From: Macrostomum lignano
Lineage: Eukaryota
Length of the DNA stretch: 64,000 nucleotides
Reading direction: 5' to 3'
Assembly: GCA_002269645.1 (NCBI GenBank)
Contig: NIVC01000421.1
Coordinates: 1-64,000, forward strand
A model generated the notes under the pieces. That model searched no databases. It was not told the origin of the DNA and was given only the letters and a program-made list of their open reading frames with translations. Position numbers and translations under genes: made by a program. Positions within the stretch are counted from its first letter, which is position 1. Each line of letters starts with the position of its first letter. Shown here one piece after another: positions 46,595-57,548 of the stretch.

Positions 46595-46976
46595 AGGGAG
46601 GTTGCTAAGGGGCAATGCTCAGGGTGGTTGCTAAGGGGCAATGCTCAGGGTGGTTGCTAAGGGGCAATGCTCAGGGTGGTTGCTAAGGGGCAATGCTCAG
46701 GGTGGTTGCTAAGGGACAATGCTCAGGGAGGTTGCTAAGGGACAATGCTCAGGGAGGTTGCTAAGGGACAATGCTCAGGGAGGTTGCTAAGGGGCAATGC
46801 TCAGGGAGGTTGCTAAGGGACAATGCTCAGGGAGGTTGCTAAGGGGCAATGCTCAGGGTGGTTGCTAAGGGGCAATGCTCAGGGTGGTTGCTAAGGGACA
46901 ATGCTCAGGGAGGTTGCTAAGGGACAATGCTCAGGGAGGTTGCTAAGGGACAATGCTCAGGGAGGTTGCTAAGGGG
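46595..46976 (+). repeat. 26-bp minisatellite (GGTTGCTAAGGG(G/A)CAATGCTCAGGG(T/A))~15
   Basis: Direct reading; lies ~300 bp downstream of the TOP1 stop codon. Confidence 0.97.
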
Positions 46977-47278
46977 CGATACCAAGTTTTCTATAAATCG
47001 AGGTTTTAAGAGGCGAGCTTAGACCACACGTTGAAGCGTGACAAAAAGGGAAATTCATAGAAATATGTTAATAAGCATTTAAATTAAAAGTGCGATATAC
47101 TCGTACAAATATTAAAACGCAACAATAGTTTTTTAAAGCCGATAAACAGGGTGCAACTGGCCAACAGACTAAAAAACACGCATTAAAGAGACATTAGAAA
47201 TTATATAAAGAGACTTATATTGTCAGTCGAGCCGACAGCAATCCGCCACAGAGACGTCGATAATCGATTGACCCCCAA

Positions 47279-50200
47279 TCAATCGTCGCCATCGTCTCCG
47301 TCCTCGTCGTCCTCAACCTCGCGCAGCTGATTCGTGGCCTTGTCCGATTCGGTGTCCTGAAATCGGAAACTAGCCGTAGCCATATCGATGGCCCATTGGA
47401 ACTTATCGCGCTGGGTTTTGTTGTACACTTTCTCAACTGGGACGTCGAATCTGCGGCACCAGGCCACAGAGATGCGCGGGTCCAGATAGTTCAGCTTGGA
47501 CGTGCCAAGGGCGATCTCTTTGTTCTCGTCTTTGTCGGTGCGTTGTACGCGCAGCTTCAACAGCTGGTCTTCGAGGCGACGCAGCGCGTTCTTCTTCTTC
47601 TCGTAGGCCTGAAATGGAATCAAGAAGCGGAATGTAGCAACTCAATCAATCACGTAGCTATCGGTTCACCAATCACATAGCTATCGGTTCACTAATCACG
47701 TAGCTATCGGTTCACCAATCACATAGCTATCGGTTCACTAATCACATAGCTATCTGTTCACCAATCACGTAGCTATCTGTTCACCAATCACGTAGCTATC
47801 TGTTCACCAATCACGTAGCTATCTGTTCACCAATCACGTAGCTATCTGTTCACTAATCACGTAGCTATCTGTTCACCAATCGCGTAGCTATCTGTTCACC
47901 AATCACGTAGCTATCTGTTCACCAATCGCGTAGCTATCTGTTCACCAATCACGTAGCTATCTGTTCACCAATCGCGTAGCTATCTGTTCACCAATCGCGT
48001 AGCTATCTGTTCACCAATCAATTAGCTATCAATTCACCAATCGCGTAAGCTACCGGTTCACCAATCACGTAGCTATCACTTCACTTATCACGCAGCTATC
48101 ACTTCACCTATCACGTAGTTATCACTTCACCTATCACGTAGCTATCACTTCACCTATCACGTAGCTATCACTTCACTTATCACGTAGTTATCACTTCACC
48201 TATCACGTAGCCATCACTTCACTAATGACGTAGCTATCACTTCACTAATCACGTAGCTATCACTTCACCTATAACGTAGCTATCACTTCACCTATCACGT
48301 AGCTATCACTTCACCTATCACGTAGCTATCACTTCACCTATCACGTAGCTATCACTTCACCTATCACGTAGCTATCACTTCACCTATCACGCAGCTATCA
48401 ATTCACCTATCACGCAGCTAGCACATCAATAAACTTTTCCTACCCGAGTATATTTAAGGTTTATTAAATATATACAAAAAATAAGTTTTGAGTTTAAAAA
48501 AGCTCAAATATCTCTTTAATAATCTACTGAATAATAATGTTAGTAAAAATTTAACTCAATTACCTGCTTATTCTTCGCCGATTTCTCCTTCTTAGCCAGA
48601 GCCTTCGCTTGTTTAGCCTCGCGCTTAGCGGCTTTCACGGCGGCCTCTTTATCCTCCAGCTTCTTGCTGAGATTCTCCATTGACTTCTCGAAAGTCTTGG
48701 GCACCGCGCGCTGATGGTTGCACAGAATGGCCACCTCGCGATTGGCCCGATTGTAGGCCAGAATCTTGGCGGCCAGCGGCTCGTCAGGATTCGTCAGCTT
48801 CTCCAGCTGATCCTCCAAGGTCTTGCTAGCGTTGTAGGTCCTGAACACCTTGGCTGTTAGGCCGTCCATCAGCTCCTTCAGGTGGGCGTTGAGAATAGAA
48901 GTGTTCAATCGGTCAAACAAATCGTCGCCCTCTTTCTTGCCCTCCATGAATAGGCGAAGGTTTTTAAATACGCGCTTCTCAACCGCCACGGCGTTGTTAT
49001 AGCGAATTGAATCTTTGCCGAGGAAGTCAAATTCGACGACGTATTGGCCGAGCTCCGGGTGCTGCTTGTGCAGCTTGATGTGCTCGTAGCGTAGCGAGCA
49101 GCAGCCCACCGTGTCTGCCTCGTCGTCATCCTTCTCGTTGCCAGCCCTGAAGGGTGAAAAATTTGAGTACTTTTGATCAGGCATCAGATTGATCTCGGGT
49201 GTAAGAGTGATCTCAGGGTGTCAGAGTGATCTCAGGGTGTCAGAGGGATCTCAGGGTCTTAAAGTGATCTCAGGGTGTCAGAGTGATCTCAGGGTGTCAG
49301 AGGGATCTCAAGGTGTCAGAGTGATCTCAGGGTCTTAAAGTGATCTCAGGGTCTTAAAGTGATCTCAGGGTGTCAGAGTGATCTCAGGGTCTTAAAGTGA
49401 TCTCAGGGTGTCAGAGTGATCTCAGGGTCTTAAAGTGATCTCAGGGTCTTAGAGTGATCTCAGGGTGTCAGAGTGATCTCAGGGTGTCAGAGTGATCTAA
49501 GGGTGTCAGAGTGATCTCAGGGTGTCAGAGTGATCTCAGGGTCTTGACGTGATCTCGGGATGTCAGAGTGATCTCAGGGTGTCAGAGTGATCTCAGGGTC
49601 TTGAAGTGATCTCGGGATGTCAGAGTGATCTCAGGGTCTTAGAGTGATCTCAGGGTCTTGAAGTGATCTCGGGATGTCAGAGTGATCTCAGGGTCTTTAA
49701 GTGATCTCAGGGTCTTGAAGTGATCTCGGGATGTCAGAGTGATCTCAGGGTCTTTAAGTGATCTCGGGATGTCAGAGTGATCTAAGGGTGTCAGAGTGAT
49801 CTCAGGGTCTTGAAGTGATCTCGGGATGTCAGAGTGATCTCAGGGTCTTAGAGTGATCTCAGGGTCTTGAAGTGATCTCGGGATGTCAGAGTGATCTCAG
49901 GGTCTTTAAGTGATCTCGGGATGTCAGAGTGATCTCAGGGTCTTAGAGTGATCTCGGGATGTCAGAGTGATCTCAGGGTCTTAGAGTGATCTCAGGGTCT
50001 TAAAGTGATCTCAGGGTGTCAGAGTGATCTCAGGGTCTTAAAGTGATCTCAGGGTGTCAGAGTGATCTCAGGGTCTTAAAGTGATCTCAGGGTCTTAGAG
50101 TGATCTCAGGGTGTCAGAGTGATCTCAGGGTGTCAGAGTGATCTAAGGGTGTCAGAGTGATCTCAGGGTGTCAGAGTGATCTCAGGGTCTTGAAGTGATC

Positions 50201-53200
50201 TCGGGATGTCAGAGTGATCTCAGGGTGTCAGAGTGATCTCAGGGTGTCAGAGTGATCTCAGGGTCTTGAAGTGATCTCGGGATGTCAGAGTGATCTCAGG
50301 GTGTCAGAGTGATCTAAGGGTGTCAGAGTGATCTCAGGGTCTTGAAGTGATCTCGGGATGTCAGAGTGATCTCAGGGTCTTAGAGTGATCTCGGGATGTC
50401 AGAGTGATCTCAGGGTCTTAGAGTGATCTCAGGGTCTTAGAGTGATCTCGGGATGTCAGAGTGATCTCAGGGTCTTAGAGTGATCTCGGGTCGGGATGTC
50501 AGAGAGATCTCAGGATGTCAGAGAGATCTCAGAGTCTGAGAGTGATCTCAGGATGTCAAAGTGATTTCAGGGTGTCACGAGGATTTCAGGACATCAGGGA
50601 GACAGCGGGTTGGCTATGAGACCGCAAATCTCCAAACCAGCAGCTACTCAGGAACGTCAGACAAACAGACACAATAGCAGCCTCACCTGAGCGCCAATTT
50701 GTCAATAAAGTACAGAGCCACCGATCGCTGTCTGAGTCGCATCTCTTTGCTTTTGAAATCGGCCCGGTATTGCGATCGAATCTTGTCCACGACTTTGTGC
50801 AACTGCCTAGCGGTCTCGTACTTCTTCCAATCCTTTTCGCTTTTGAGTCGGCTGGCGGCGTTCAGCATGACGTATTTGAAATTGCCTTGCACATTCTCTA
50901 CCCAGCAGGCTAGCCAGCTCACTGTGTTGTCGTGACGGACCTCCTTCCATTTGTGACCTGGCGGCGGTTTCGGCACGGCCGAATCTTTGCTACAGTTGAT
51001 GATGACGTCCTCCGGTTGGACCCGGCGTTTCAGCTTGCCCATCTTTGGGTGGCTGCCGCGGCCGCGGAACAGGCCGGGCGGTTCGATCTTGAAGTTGCCG
51101 ATTCGTTGCCTGTGACCGTCCAGAGTGCAGTGGCCGAACTCCTGCGCGATGGGAGGCGGTGGTAGGACTGATATCTCCATGTCTACAGATCTGCTAATTA
51201 TTTATGATACTAATATGTAATGTTAATATCATTATTATTATCATAGTATCTGTGGACATAAGGGGGGGGGGCGTAGCACAGCGGTAGCGCAGCTGCTCTG
51301 GTGTGCCAGCGACCCAGGCTCGATTCCAAGTGCAGCCACATTAATTTGGGGCTGGATTGGAATCTTGGCTTGGCTCGCTTGTGCAATTAACGGCCTTGAG
51401 AGCCAACCCCCCAAGGCGCAGTGAAGTGTACATGCCTAACGATAAAATAAAGTTTGGGCCGCTGTACACTCCTGTGTGAGTGTGTGCCTGCGTACGTATC
51501 CGCGCGCTTGTATGCCTGCTCAGGGGAGTCGGCGGAATGGGCAGTAATGCCTCTCGCCGGTTGTGTGGCAATGACGCTTAAATTGCGCCAGGTTGCACAC
51601 AACCCCCCTGCCTCTAATAAAAAAAAATCTGTGGACATAAGTGACTCTCGAGCCACCGCAACCCCTGGTTATCGTGGGATTCACGCCCATCTCCAGGGCA
51701 CCGAGAGTGTACATACCCGACGACTAGAAAGTCAGGGTCGTCGCTGTACACCCTGTGTGATCGTGGTTGTCCATGGCCTTGCCAATTCGCACTCGGAAGC
51801 CCCCCGCCCCTCCGCCAGAAAGTTCAGCGAATCCTTTTTACCCCGAATGGTGGCGTTATTCCCAGTTGCGGTGCGCGCGGCTATCGGATTATGCGCTGAA
51901 TCCGCCCAGCTTATGGCCTGCTATTATCTGACTCTTCCGATCCTGTATTATTAAATTCTGCTCAAGCCACAGCTTATGACTGAAGCTCGGCGCAGGGAAG
52001 ACGACTTGCGCGCAGAAACTTTTTTTTCAATCGATAGGCATAAACAGTCGCGAGTGGCTATTGGAGTCGAACGTAAACGAACAGAAATAGCATAATGAAG
52101 ATACAGCAACTCACATTAATACTCATATTAACTAGTATAAGCAGCAATAAAGCTTTGGCTTTTCTTTGGGACCTTACGCTTTCGGTACCTGCTGACTCTG
52201 CCTCTGCTCTCAGCAACACCCACGCCAAAAAGTCGCAGTCGCTTAAAAGTAAATTCTTCACAGCGAATAACCATTGAACATTTGTTGGGAAAAGTTTCAG
52301 CTAAATCATTTCTGCATATTTTCTCATCCGGAATGCAGTTAATACCCTGCTCTTGTCTGCCAACAAATTTACTCCAAAAATTGGAAAAAAGTAAAACACT
52401 TCCAATTGTTCTCTCATGACCCGAGGTCCTGCGATTCAAACACACGAGGGCCAACCTCAGGCCACCCCGAGTGGTTGCAGGTCGTCTGAGAGTCAATTTG
52501 AGGCGTTTGATTGTCTTCGACTCTAACGACCCCGGGGCGTAGAGTGGTATCTCTACTATCTAATTTAATTACTATGTAATTTAAACAAACATTGCAGCAT
52601 AACAAACCTGCGTCACTCTCTCGTTTGTCTCTTTGAGCTTCTGCTTCTCCTCCTTAGTTCGATTCTTTCTCTCCTCAGCTTGACGCTTGTAAAACTCGTG
52701 AATTTCGGTGAAATTGCACTTGGCCAGAGATTTAATGCGCTTCTGCTCGGCATGCGACATCACGCTGCGCCAGTCCTGCGGGTGGGGAAGGTGCGAACGA
52801 CAGTAGGCTTAAAGTATTACTAATTATGTCATATTTATCTTAAATATGAGAAATTACTCTATTATAATACAATTTGCCAAAGAAATGCTTATTAAATAAG
52901 TCCAAATACCAAAGGGATTTACACGGCTCAAAATCCAAGAACTGAAATTATAAGACTAGAGGTCCATGGCAAAAGAATGAACTACCCTAGAGGCTTATGA
53001 ACAAATCCAGAAAAGACATCCAGTGGTCCATGAACAAATGAAAGACGCCTAGACATAGAAGTCTATGAATCATCAAAGCAAGACGCCTAGAAGTCCATGA
53101 ACAAAAGAAAGACACCAAGAAGTCCACCAATAAAAGGAAAAACAGACTTCCGCCAACAAAGAAGACACCAAGAAGTCCGTGAACAAAAGAGACACACAGA

Positions 53201-54546
53201 AGTCCATGAACAAAAGAGACACACAGAATTCCATGAACAAAAGACACACAGAAGTCCATGAACAAAAGAGACACACAGAAGTCCATGAACAAAAGAGACA
53301 CACAGAAGTCCATGAACAAAAGAGACACACAGAAGTCCATGAACAAAAGAGATACACAGAATTCCATGAACAAAAGACACACAGAAGTCCATGAACAAAG
53401 GAAAAACACAGACTTTCGCCAACAAAGACAACAAGAAGTCCATGAACAAGAGACACCCAAAAGTCCATGAAGAAAAAGAGACACACAGAAGTCCATGAAC
53501 AAAGGAAAGACACACAGACACCCGCCAACAAAGAAGACACCAAGAAGTCAATGAACAAATAAAAGACACCCAGAGGTCCATGAACAAAGAAAAGACACCA
53601 AGAAGTCCATGAACAAAGAAAAGACACCCAGAAGTCCATGAACAAAGACACCCAGAAGTCCATGAAAAAAAGAAACAGACTTCCGCCAACAAAGAAGACA
53701 CCAAGAAGTTCATGAACAAAGAAAAGACACCCAGAAGTCCATGAACAAAGAAAAGACATCCAGAGGTCCATGAACCAAGGGAGTAGCACACCAAGTGAAA
53801 ACACGGGCAAACCATACTAGAAAAGACCAAAAACTAACCTGAAAGAAGTTATTATTGAATGCCTCCTTGCTAGTATAGTCGTGATCCAACATTCTAGCAT
53901 AGAAGCCGGCCACCTCCTCAGCCTCCGGAGTGAGCACCATTTGCTCTCCGTCGTAATAGAATTTCACATTCTTAGGCAGAGGCTCGTAGTCGGGCGCGAA
54001 CACCGGACCTTTGTGCTCGAGAAAGCGCCACTTGCTGCCGTCTGTTGGCTTCTCTTCCTCCCACCAGCGCCAAACTTCGGGGGCTGGTTCCGCAGTTTTG
54101 CGCTCCCGTTTCGGCTTAGCAACTGGCTCAGATTTCCTGCGCTTGCTGTCAGACTCGGCTTTCACTTTTTTCTTGTCCTCTTTTTTAGCCGTAGCTGGCC
54201 TCTTTTGGTCGGCCTCTGTTTTGACTTTCTTCTTCTGCGACGTCGGCTCTTTCTTTGGCGTTTTAATAGGACTCTGAGCAGTCGGAGTGGTCGGCTCAGT
54301 CTTCGGCTTCTTACTGGCAGGAGACGGTGACGAGTCTTCGCCACTGTTGGCTCGCTTTCCGCCATTCTGCTTCTTCTGCGAGACAACGGAGCTAAACTTC
54401 TTCGACAGCGGAACATCGTCGTCGCTGCTACTGCAGCCATCCGGGTCTGGCTTGATGGCGGAGACGGCGGCAGCTGCTGATGCAGTGGCCGATGCCGCGG
54501 TTGTGGCCGGAGAGCCCGAGCCATTAACTGGATCAGCGTTGGTCAT
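47279..54546 (-). CDS. TOP1: DNA topoisomerase I (type IB), 747 aa, 5 coding exons
   Basis: Exons 54546-53839, 52775-52608, 51141-50687, 49146-48564 and 47608-47279 (2244 nt, GT/AG, in frame). Hallmarks: [56 protein letters not shown] and [13 protein letters not shown]. The start codon is the first ATG after an acceptor at 54555-54557, so an additional upstream exon is possible. Confidence 0.97.
47645..48420 (+). repeat. 23-bp minisatellite in TOP1 intron 4
   Basis: CACCAATCACGTAGCTATCTGTT units grade into CACCTATCACGTAGCTATCACTT units; ~33 copies. Confidence 0.96.
49190..50580 (+). repeat. 19-bp minisatellite in TOP1 intron 3
   Basis: AGAGTGATCTCAGGGTGTC with the variants ...GGTCTT and GAAGTGATCTCGGGATGTC; ~70 copies. 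Confidence 0.96.
51263..51626 (+). mobile_element. tRNA-derived SINE in TOP1 intron 2 (antisense to TOP1)
   Basis: The head GGGCGTAGCACAGCGGTAGC...GGCTCGATTCC contains Pol III A- and B-box-like motifs. It ends in an A-rich tail (AATAAAAAAAAA) and has a perfect 15-bp TSD ATCTGTGGACATAAG (51248-51262, 51627-51641). Confidence 0.9.
53010..53780 (+). repeat. ~27-bp degenerate minisatellite in TOP1 intron 1
   Basis: AGAAGTCCATGAACAAAAGAGACACAC units. The long overlapping ORFs here are repeat artefacts. Confidence 0.95.
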
Positions 54547-55779
54547 GCCACTGGCTGAAATATTGGGCAATATGCAAATTGTTTTTATGCCTAGCATTCT
54601 AATACATTATAGAATCAACTTCTAATGACCTAAATCTAAATCTAAAACTAAAACCATTCCTAGCACTTTTTTATTAGACAATCAAAATCTAAATCCCAAG
54701 TCATTTAAATCTATCTTGATTAGCCAATTAGGCTAATCCTATCCTTTTGGTAGCTTTAATACCAAAAATGTTAGCCTATATTTTAGCCTCTCTTTGAGAA
54801 TCTTAACATATACTTGGCATATAGAAATTTTAGTCCCAATCCTATTGCAGTCAATGGCCATTTTTTAGATGGTGTAGGGAGTACTATAGGGAGGACATAA
54901 TAAGGAAAATAATATAGAGATGCAAAGTATACATAGGGGGAGAGGATATTAAGGTATATACAAACAGATGTAAGGTGCATATAAGGGAAGTATGCTAGTG
55001 CAAGATGTTTTTATAGAAGAATAATAGGTATGTAATCTAAGGTAGAAAAAGGTAGGCCCTAGTGTCTATAGTTGTAAAAAATCAATTCACATTACAATAC
55101 AATTAAAATTAGACTTGTTACTCTACTATAGACCTATATTTGCTAGCTTATATGCTTAATAGCTAACACCCAGCTGACCCAGCCAATTCAGCTGGGTGGC
55201 AAGAAGTCTGGCCAAGGTAAGTTGCAAAAATGCCAACCCAGAAAATGTAGACTTATTACTAATTAGATGAGGCAATTAGCCTTAATAATACATACATAGT
55301 TACTACAGCTATTTATCCAAAAATTTATATTTATTTGCTTTAGGGTTTCTTTCGTAGGTAGGTTATATTTTTGGTCAAAAAATAGGTTGCACAGCAAGGT
55401 GAACTTCAAAGTTGGGCATGTATGTTTGCTTGTCTATTTAGTATTAACTGATAACTATGGGCATAGCTATTGCTATTCTATGGTCTAGAATCTATTGGGT
55501 TGTTAAGAAAGTTCTGCCCATTTTTTTTCTATGCAGAGGATCATGAAGCTGTATTGGAAGCAATCCTTATGTTATATAGCCAGAGCTATTATGGTTATTC
55601 ATACATGCGCAACTGCTGGCCGAGCTGGCCGATCCGGCCACCGTAAATTGTGGTGGACCAGGGTAAGTCGCAAAATTGAGTTGACCAAAAACGAAAAAAT
55701 GCAAGAGGAAAGAGCAATATAGGGAAGTAAAATGGTGAAGCAAAAGAAAAACAAGTTGCAGCAGAAGCAAATTAAGTTG

Positions 55780-56625
55780 CACAAATGATTAGGTAAGTCG
55801 CAAAAGGAGCAACTAAGTTGCAAAAAGGATTCGGTCAAGTCGCAAAAAGGATTAGGTAAGTCGCAAAAGGAGCAACTAAGTCGCAAAAAGGATTAGGTCA
55901 AGTCGCAAAAGGATTAGGTAAGTCGCAAAAGGGTTAGGTAAGTCGCAAAAGGAGCAACTAAGTCGCAAAAAGGATTAGGTAAGTCGCAAAAGGAGCAACT
56001 AAGTCGCAAAAGGAGCAACTAAGTCGCAAAAAGGATTAGGTCAAGTCGCAAAAAGGATTAGGTCAAGTCGCAAAAAGGATTAGGTAAGTCGCAAAAGGAT
56101 TAGGTAAGTCGCAAAAAGGATTAGGTCAAGTCGCAAAAAGGATTAGGTAAGTCGCAAAAGGATTAGGTAAGTTGCAAAAGGATTAGGTAAGACGCAAAAG
56201 GAGCAACTAAGTCGCAAAAAAGATTAGGTCAAGTCGCAAAAGGATTAGGTAAGTCGCAAAAAGGATTAGGTAAGTCGCAAAAGGATTAGGTAAGTCGCAA
56301 AAAGGATTAGGTAAGTCGCAAAAGGATTAGGTAAGTCGCAAAAAGGATTAGGTAAGTCGCAAAAGGATTAGGTAAGTCGCAAAAAGGATTAGGTAAGTCG
56401 CAAAAGGATTAGGTAAGTCGCAAAAAGGATTAGGTAAGTCGCAAAAGGGTTAGGTAAGTCGCAAAAAGGATTAGGTAAGTCGCAAAAGGATTAGGTAAGT
56501 CGCAAAAGGATTAGGTAACTCGCAAAAAGGATTAGGTAAGTCGCAAAAAGGATTAGGTAAGTCGCAAAAGGGTTAGGTAAGTCGCAAAAGGAGCAACTAA
56601 GTCGCAATAAGAGGGAAGTAAGTCG
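55780..56625 (+). repeat. 20-22-bp minisatellite GGATTAGGT(C)AAGTCGCAAAA(A), with a GGAGCAACT variant
   Basis: Direct reading; ~40 copies. Confidence 0.95.
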
Positions 56626-56861
56626 CAATCAGAGGCGATCAAGGGGTAGTAGGTGCAAGTGTGGCAGGAGAGCAAAAACAGAATAGAAGCCTTCAACCAC
56701 AGACAAGATCTTTGAAATCAGCAGCCTATGTCAACAGTTTCCCATTGATTTCTTTAACTCCGGAGCAGGGGTCGGCAAAGTCCAGCTCGCGAAGCCCCTC
56801 TATCTGGCCCTCGCCCCTCGGGTTCTTTGAAACTTTCTAACTAGCAAGGTTGGTGTCTCTT

Positions 56862-57548
56862 CAACTCTCATCTCTCTCTTCTTCTCTACCTTGCCTCCCC
56901 TCTTCTCTCTCTCCCCCTTTTCCCTCTTCTCTCTCCTTTCATTTTTACTCTCCTCTCTTCTCCCCTCTCCTTTCTCCCCTTTTCTCTCTACCCTTTCTCC
57001 TCAATGCCCTCTTCTCTCCTCTTATCTTCAGCAAAAATGTGTGCATATTTTCTTACTTCAAAGTAGAGGGAATAGAAGATTGGAGATAAGCAAACAGAGG
57101 AGAGGCGAGCGATGCAATGGGAGAAAAGATAGAAGATGAGAGAAAAGCTGAGGGAGGAGAGAGATGAGAGAGATGAGAGGAAAGAGGAAAGATATGATGA
57201 TGGATGAGATCAGAAAAGAGAGGAAAGAGGAAAGAGGAGAGATGAAAGGAGATAAGAGAGTAGACGAGAGAAGAGAGGATAAGGAGGAGATAAGAGGAGA
57301 GTGAAGAGAGGAGAGATAAGAGAGTAGAGAAGAGAGGAGAGATGAGATGAGAGAGTTGAGTGGAGAGAGACGAGAGGAGAGATAAGATGAGAGAGTAGAG
57401 TGAAGTGGAGAGAGACGAGAGGAGAGATACGAATGTAGACAGGAGACAGAAGAGATAAGAGAGGAGGAAAGAGAGAGAGGAGAGGAAAGAGAGAAGGGAT
57501 GAGGGATGAGAGAGAAAAGAAAAAGAGGATGAGAAGATTGAGGAAAGC
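56862..57548. repeat. Opposed polypyrimidine (56862-57030) and polypurine (57063-57548) low-complexity tracts
   Basis: Direct reading. The Ser/Leu-rich minus-strand ORFs are compositional artefacts. Confidence 0.9.

Noticed and set aside
52987-53830. Cys/Phe-rich membrane-like ORFs
   Set aside because: They are translations of the TOP1 intron 1 minisatellite.
55780-56625. Telomeric (TTAGG)n array
   Set aside because: TTAGG occurs once per 20-22-bp unit, not in tandem, and the array lies inside a TIR element.
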